64,000 bases of DNA from NCBI GenBank assembly GCA_965277405.1, contig OZ255726.1, positions 384,001 through 448,000 on the forward strand. The letters run 5' to 3'. The position numbers and the translations under genes are program-made. This stretch comes from Gammaproteobacteria bacterium. Its GTDB lineage: Bacteria > Pseudomonadota > Gammaproteobacteria > G965277405. Each line of letters begins with the position of its first letter. The stretch's first letter is position 1. The notes under the pieces were generated by a model. That model was not told the DNA's origin. It ran no database searches and saw only the letters and a list, made by a program, of their open reading frames with translations. Positions 61,579 through 64,000 of the stretch are shown in pieces.

Positions 61579-61863
61579 GGAAGCTCTGATTAAGTCGCTG
61601 ATGGAGCGAGGTTGCCTGCAATTGCTGATGATTGCAAGGCGCAAACCGCTAAGCGCATGCCGTAGCATATACGCCAAGGGATGCAACACAGCAAGTACCG
61701 CTTGTAGGCAAACCATCATATATTCAATAGAAGGACGGGAAAAAACGCTGCGCTAACGTCGTTGCAGCACTTGATAATACCACCAGTATTATCAAGTGCT
61801 GCGCCTAGTTATCATCAGTGTTTTTTCTCCGTCTCGCCCATCATGGACTTAATCAGAGCTTCC
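61579..61863 (-). mobile_element. Complete MITE
   Basis: Both TIRs, TTAG duplicated at 61575-61578 and 61864-61867. Confidence 0.95.
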
Positions 61864-61891
61864 TTAGACAATAGCGTATTCAAACTCGCGG

Positions 61892-62647
61892 TTATTTTGC
61901 GGCTATATCAATCAATTCAACTTCGAATTTCAACAGTGAGTTAGCAGGAATTGAATTAGTGCCGCTTTCACCATAGCCAAGCTCAGGCGCAATATAAAAA
62001 GTAAATATGTCGCCAACACTCATCAACAACAAGCCTTCTTGCCATCCTTTAATAACGCCATTCAATGGAAACTGTGACGGCTCGTTGCGGTTACGTGAGC
62101 TGTCAAACTCAGTGCCATCAAGCAACGTCCCAACATAATGTACGGTTACAATACTATCATGCGTAGGTTCATTGGTGGCATCACTTTTTTTGTCGATAAT
62201 ATATTGCAGACCAGAGTCTGTAGTTATTACACCAGCTTTCTTGCCATTTTCTGCAAGAAATGCACGCGCTGCTGCAAGATTTTTTTCCGAATCAGCGGTT
62301 GTATTAGCTTGCTGTTGCTGCGCTTGCTCTTCTGTTCTCTTTTTTTCCATATAGATACGAACAGTCGTCTCTAATTCTGCAAGTGGTACAACTGGCTCTT
62401 TATTTTCTGTGGCGGAGGTTGCTCCTTGTAAAAAAACATCTTTGTCAATTTCTTTAAAGAAATCTATTACCTGCTTAGTTTGTAAATAACCAATGGCATA
62501 GCTCATTTGTTCTGAAGCTGACAATGCCGGGTAATCAATGGTTGTTTCTTTTGCTATAGATTGCTCTGTTGTTGCTTGCGATGCGGTATCACTACCATTA
62601 CAAGCAGCAAGAAAGAGCGTAAATACTGTTAGCAATTTGCGATTCAT
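61892..62647 (-). CDS. fkpA: FKBP-type peptidyl-prolyl isomerase (FkpA/Mip-like lipoprotein)
   Basis: LAAC lipobox, SYAIG, SGLQY, VHYVGTLLDGTEFDSS, VIKGWQEGL. Confidence 0.88.
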   Translation of the reverse strand: MNRKLLTVFTLFLAACNGSDTASQATTEQSIAKETTIDYPALSASEQMSYAIGYLQTKQVIDFFKEIDKDVFLQGATSATENKEPVVPLAELETTVRIYMEKKRTEEQAQQQQANTTADSEKNLAAARAFLAENGKKAGVITTDSGLQYIIDKKSDATNEPTHDSIVTVHYVGTLLDGTEFDSSRNRNEPSQFPLNGVIKGWQEGLLLMSVGDIFTFYIAPELGYGESGTNSIPANSLLKFEVELIDIAAK

Positions 62648-62776
62648 AATGTATCCTTAATTGTGTTGTTAATATTCAAATACACATACCATGCTATGTA
62701 GGTTGTTGCATTTAGTAAAATGTATTCCTGACTGCGTTGTTAATATGCAAAATACGCATATATCTAGATTGTTACA

Positions 62777-63727
62777 TTAAGTAATGCGAGTTACTTGTTT
62801 TTGTAACATTGTTTCAACAATAGCCCTCCTACTGCCCAGCGGAAAATAATCCAACTCCACCAATGCTGCATCAATATGCTGTTGCGCATATACTCTGCAC
62901 TGGTCAAACACCTGCTGGGATGTAAACAATGCTGTACACGTTACCAATGCATCAGGTTGCTGCAAACTATCTTGCAACAGTCGTTGCTGCTGCGGTGTTC
63001 CTTGATGGTAGCCAATCAACCATGGCAAGGTTTTTTTTCCTTCGCGCAAGTCCTGTCCTGCTGTTTTTCCAGTATCAGTATCTGGCAAATAGTCGAGCAA
63101 ATCATCGACGATTTGAAAAGCCATGCCTAGATGATATCCTAGCTGTTCGGCATGCTTAAAAATACTGGCTGGAGCATTTGCAACTGCCACTGCACTATAA
63201 CATGTAGCTTGAAACAACCGCGCAGTTTTTTTATGAATAATCGACCAATACTTATCCATGCTCGGCGTTTGCTCTTGCATATGCAACAATTGGTCGATCT
63301 CTCCCTCGGTGATTACATTGGTGCAGTCAGCAACATAGCGCACTAATTGCAAATTATTTGTTTGTGTCAACATTTGTACAGCGCGTGAATATAAAAAATC
63401 ACCAGCCAATACCGTATGTGCATTGCCCCAGACAATATGTGCGCATGGCTTGCCGCGACGAATCTGTGCATCATCAATGATGTCATCATGAACTAACGTG
63501 GCGATATGAATACATTCAATAACACTGGCAATCCGCAGCAACTCTTCAACATCGCCATCAAGAGATAGCCCTAATGCCAATGCAACTTGCGCCCTGGTAT
63601 GTTTACCACCAGCATTATGCAAATATGCGCTAAATGCATTCACTTCATCCAGCTCAGAGTAAATACGCCCTGCAAACTCATTGACAAACCGCGCATACGC
63701 CGCAGCAAATACCGCTGTATCAGTCAT
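62777..63727 (-). CDS. ispB: Octaprenyl/polyprenyl diphosphate synthase
   Basis: GGK, LVHDDIID..RRG, GDFLYSRA, KTA, FQIVDDLLD, DLREGK.TLP. Confidence 0.9.
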   Translation of the reverse strand: MTDTAVFAAAYARFVNEFAGRIYSELDEVNAFSAYLHNAGGKHTRAQVALALGLSLDGDVEELLRIASVIECIHIATLVHDDIIDDAQIRRGKPCAHIVWGNAHTVLAGDFLYSRAVQMLTQTNNLQLVRYVADCTNVITEGEIDQLLHMQEQTPSMDKYWSIIHKKTARLFQATCYSAVAVANAPASIFKHAEQLGYHLGMAFQIVDDLLDYLPDTDTGKTAGQDLREGKKTLPWLIGYHQGTPQQQRLLQDSLQQPDALVTCTALFTSQQVFDQCRVYAQQHIDAALVELDYFPLGSRRAIVETMLQKQVTRIT

Positions 63728-63732
63728 CGTCT

Positions 63733-64000
63733 TTATTGTGTTAATAATTGCTCAACCATGTCGTCCATAACATACAGTTTTGTTGCTGTACAGCCAACAA
63801 TATGCGTTGCTGCCAACAACGCGCCGCGAGCAAATACTGAGCGCGTCATCACCCGATGGGTTAATTCTAAACGTTCACCCTCTTGAGCAAACATCACCGT
63901 ATGCTCACCAATAATATCTGCTGCCCGAATCGAAGAAAACCCAATCTGACCAGCCATACGCTGCTTGCGAACGCTATGGCGGTCGAATACAGCAACATCA
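63733..64000 (-). CDS. dapB: 4-hydroxy-tetrahydrodipicolinate reductase, 3' part (runs off the window)
   Basis: [35 protein letters not shown]; frame open to the window edge. Confidence 0.9.
   Translation of the reverse strand, partial: DVAVFDRHSVRKQRMAGQIGFSSIRAADIIGEHTVMFAQEGERLELTHRVMTRSVFARGALLAATHIVGCTATKLYVMDDMVEQLLTQ

Overview
64-kb chromosomal window of a divergent, probably host-associated marine gammaproteobacterium (lineage and lifestyle are inferred). It carries about 50 recognisable genes. Housekeeping genes include radA, argB, topA, rmuC, alr-dnaB, miaA-hfq-hflKC, tgt-yajC-secDF, pdxH-djlA, mreCD, scattered trpF/trpD/trpG, dnaQ, rpoH, ispB and dapB. Between them lie nutrient modules: ABC, TRAP and two BCCT transporters, betA, a taurine-pyruvate-type aminotransferase and an AcuI-type reductase. 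The dominant non-coding feature is a ~285-bp non-autonomous element (MITE): 13 near-complete copies, 3 half copies, two 47-bp mini copies and several end remnants. It shares its terminal inverted repeats (GGAAGCTCTGATTAAG) and its CTAA/TTAG target duplication with an intact IS5-family element at 59707-60915. Its interior is not IS-derived; it is an inverted pair of homologous hairpin modules. Some copies are nested, and some supply a stop codon or a likely RBS. Other notable items are a tRNA-Arg with the unusual UCG anticodon, an unannotated 43-aa polar peptide divergent from an XRE regulator, a diverged duplication bracketing an ABC operon, a Bacillus/Bacteroidetes-type RNase H, an aldehyde dehydrogenase homolog with eroded catalytic motifs, and broken canonical operons (for example no hflX). 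All calls were made by eye; no searches were run. MITE strand convention: + means the IRL-type end (..AAGTCC) comes first, as in the IS.
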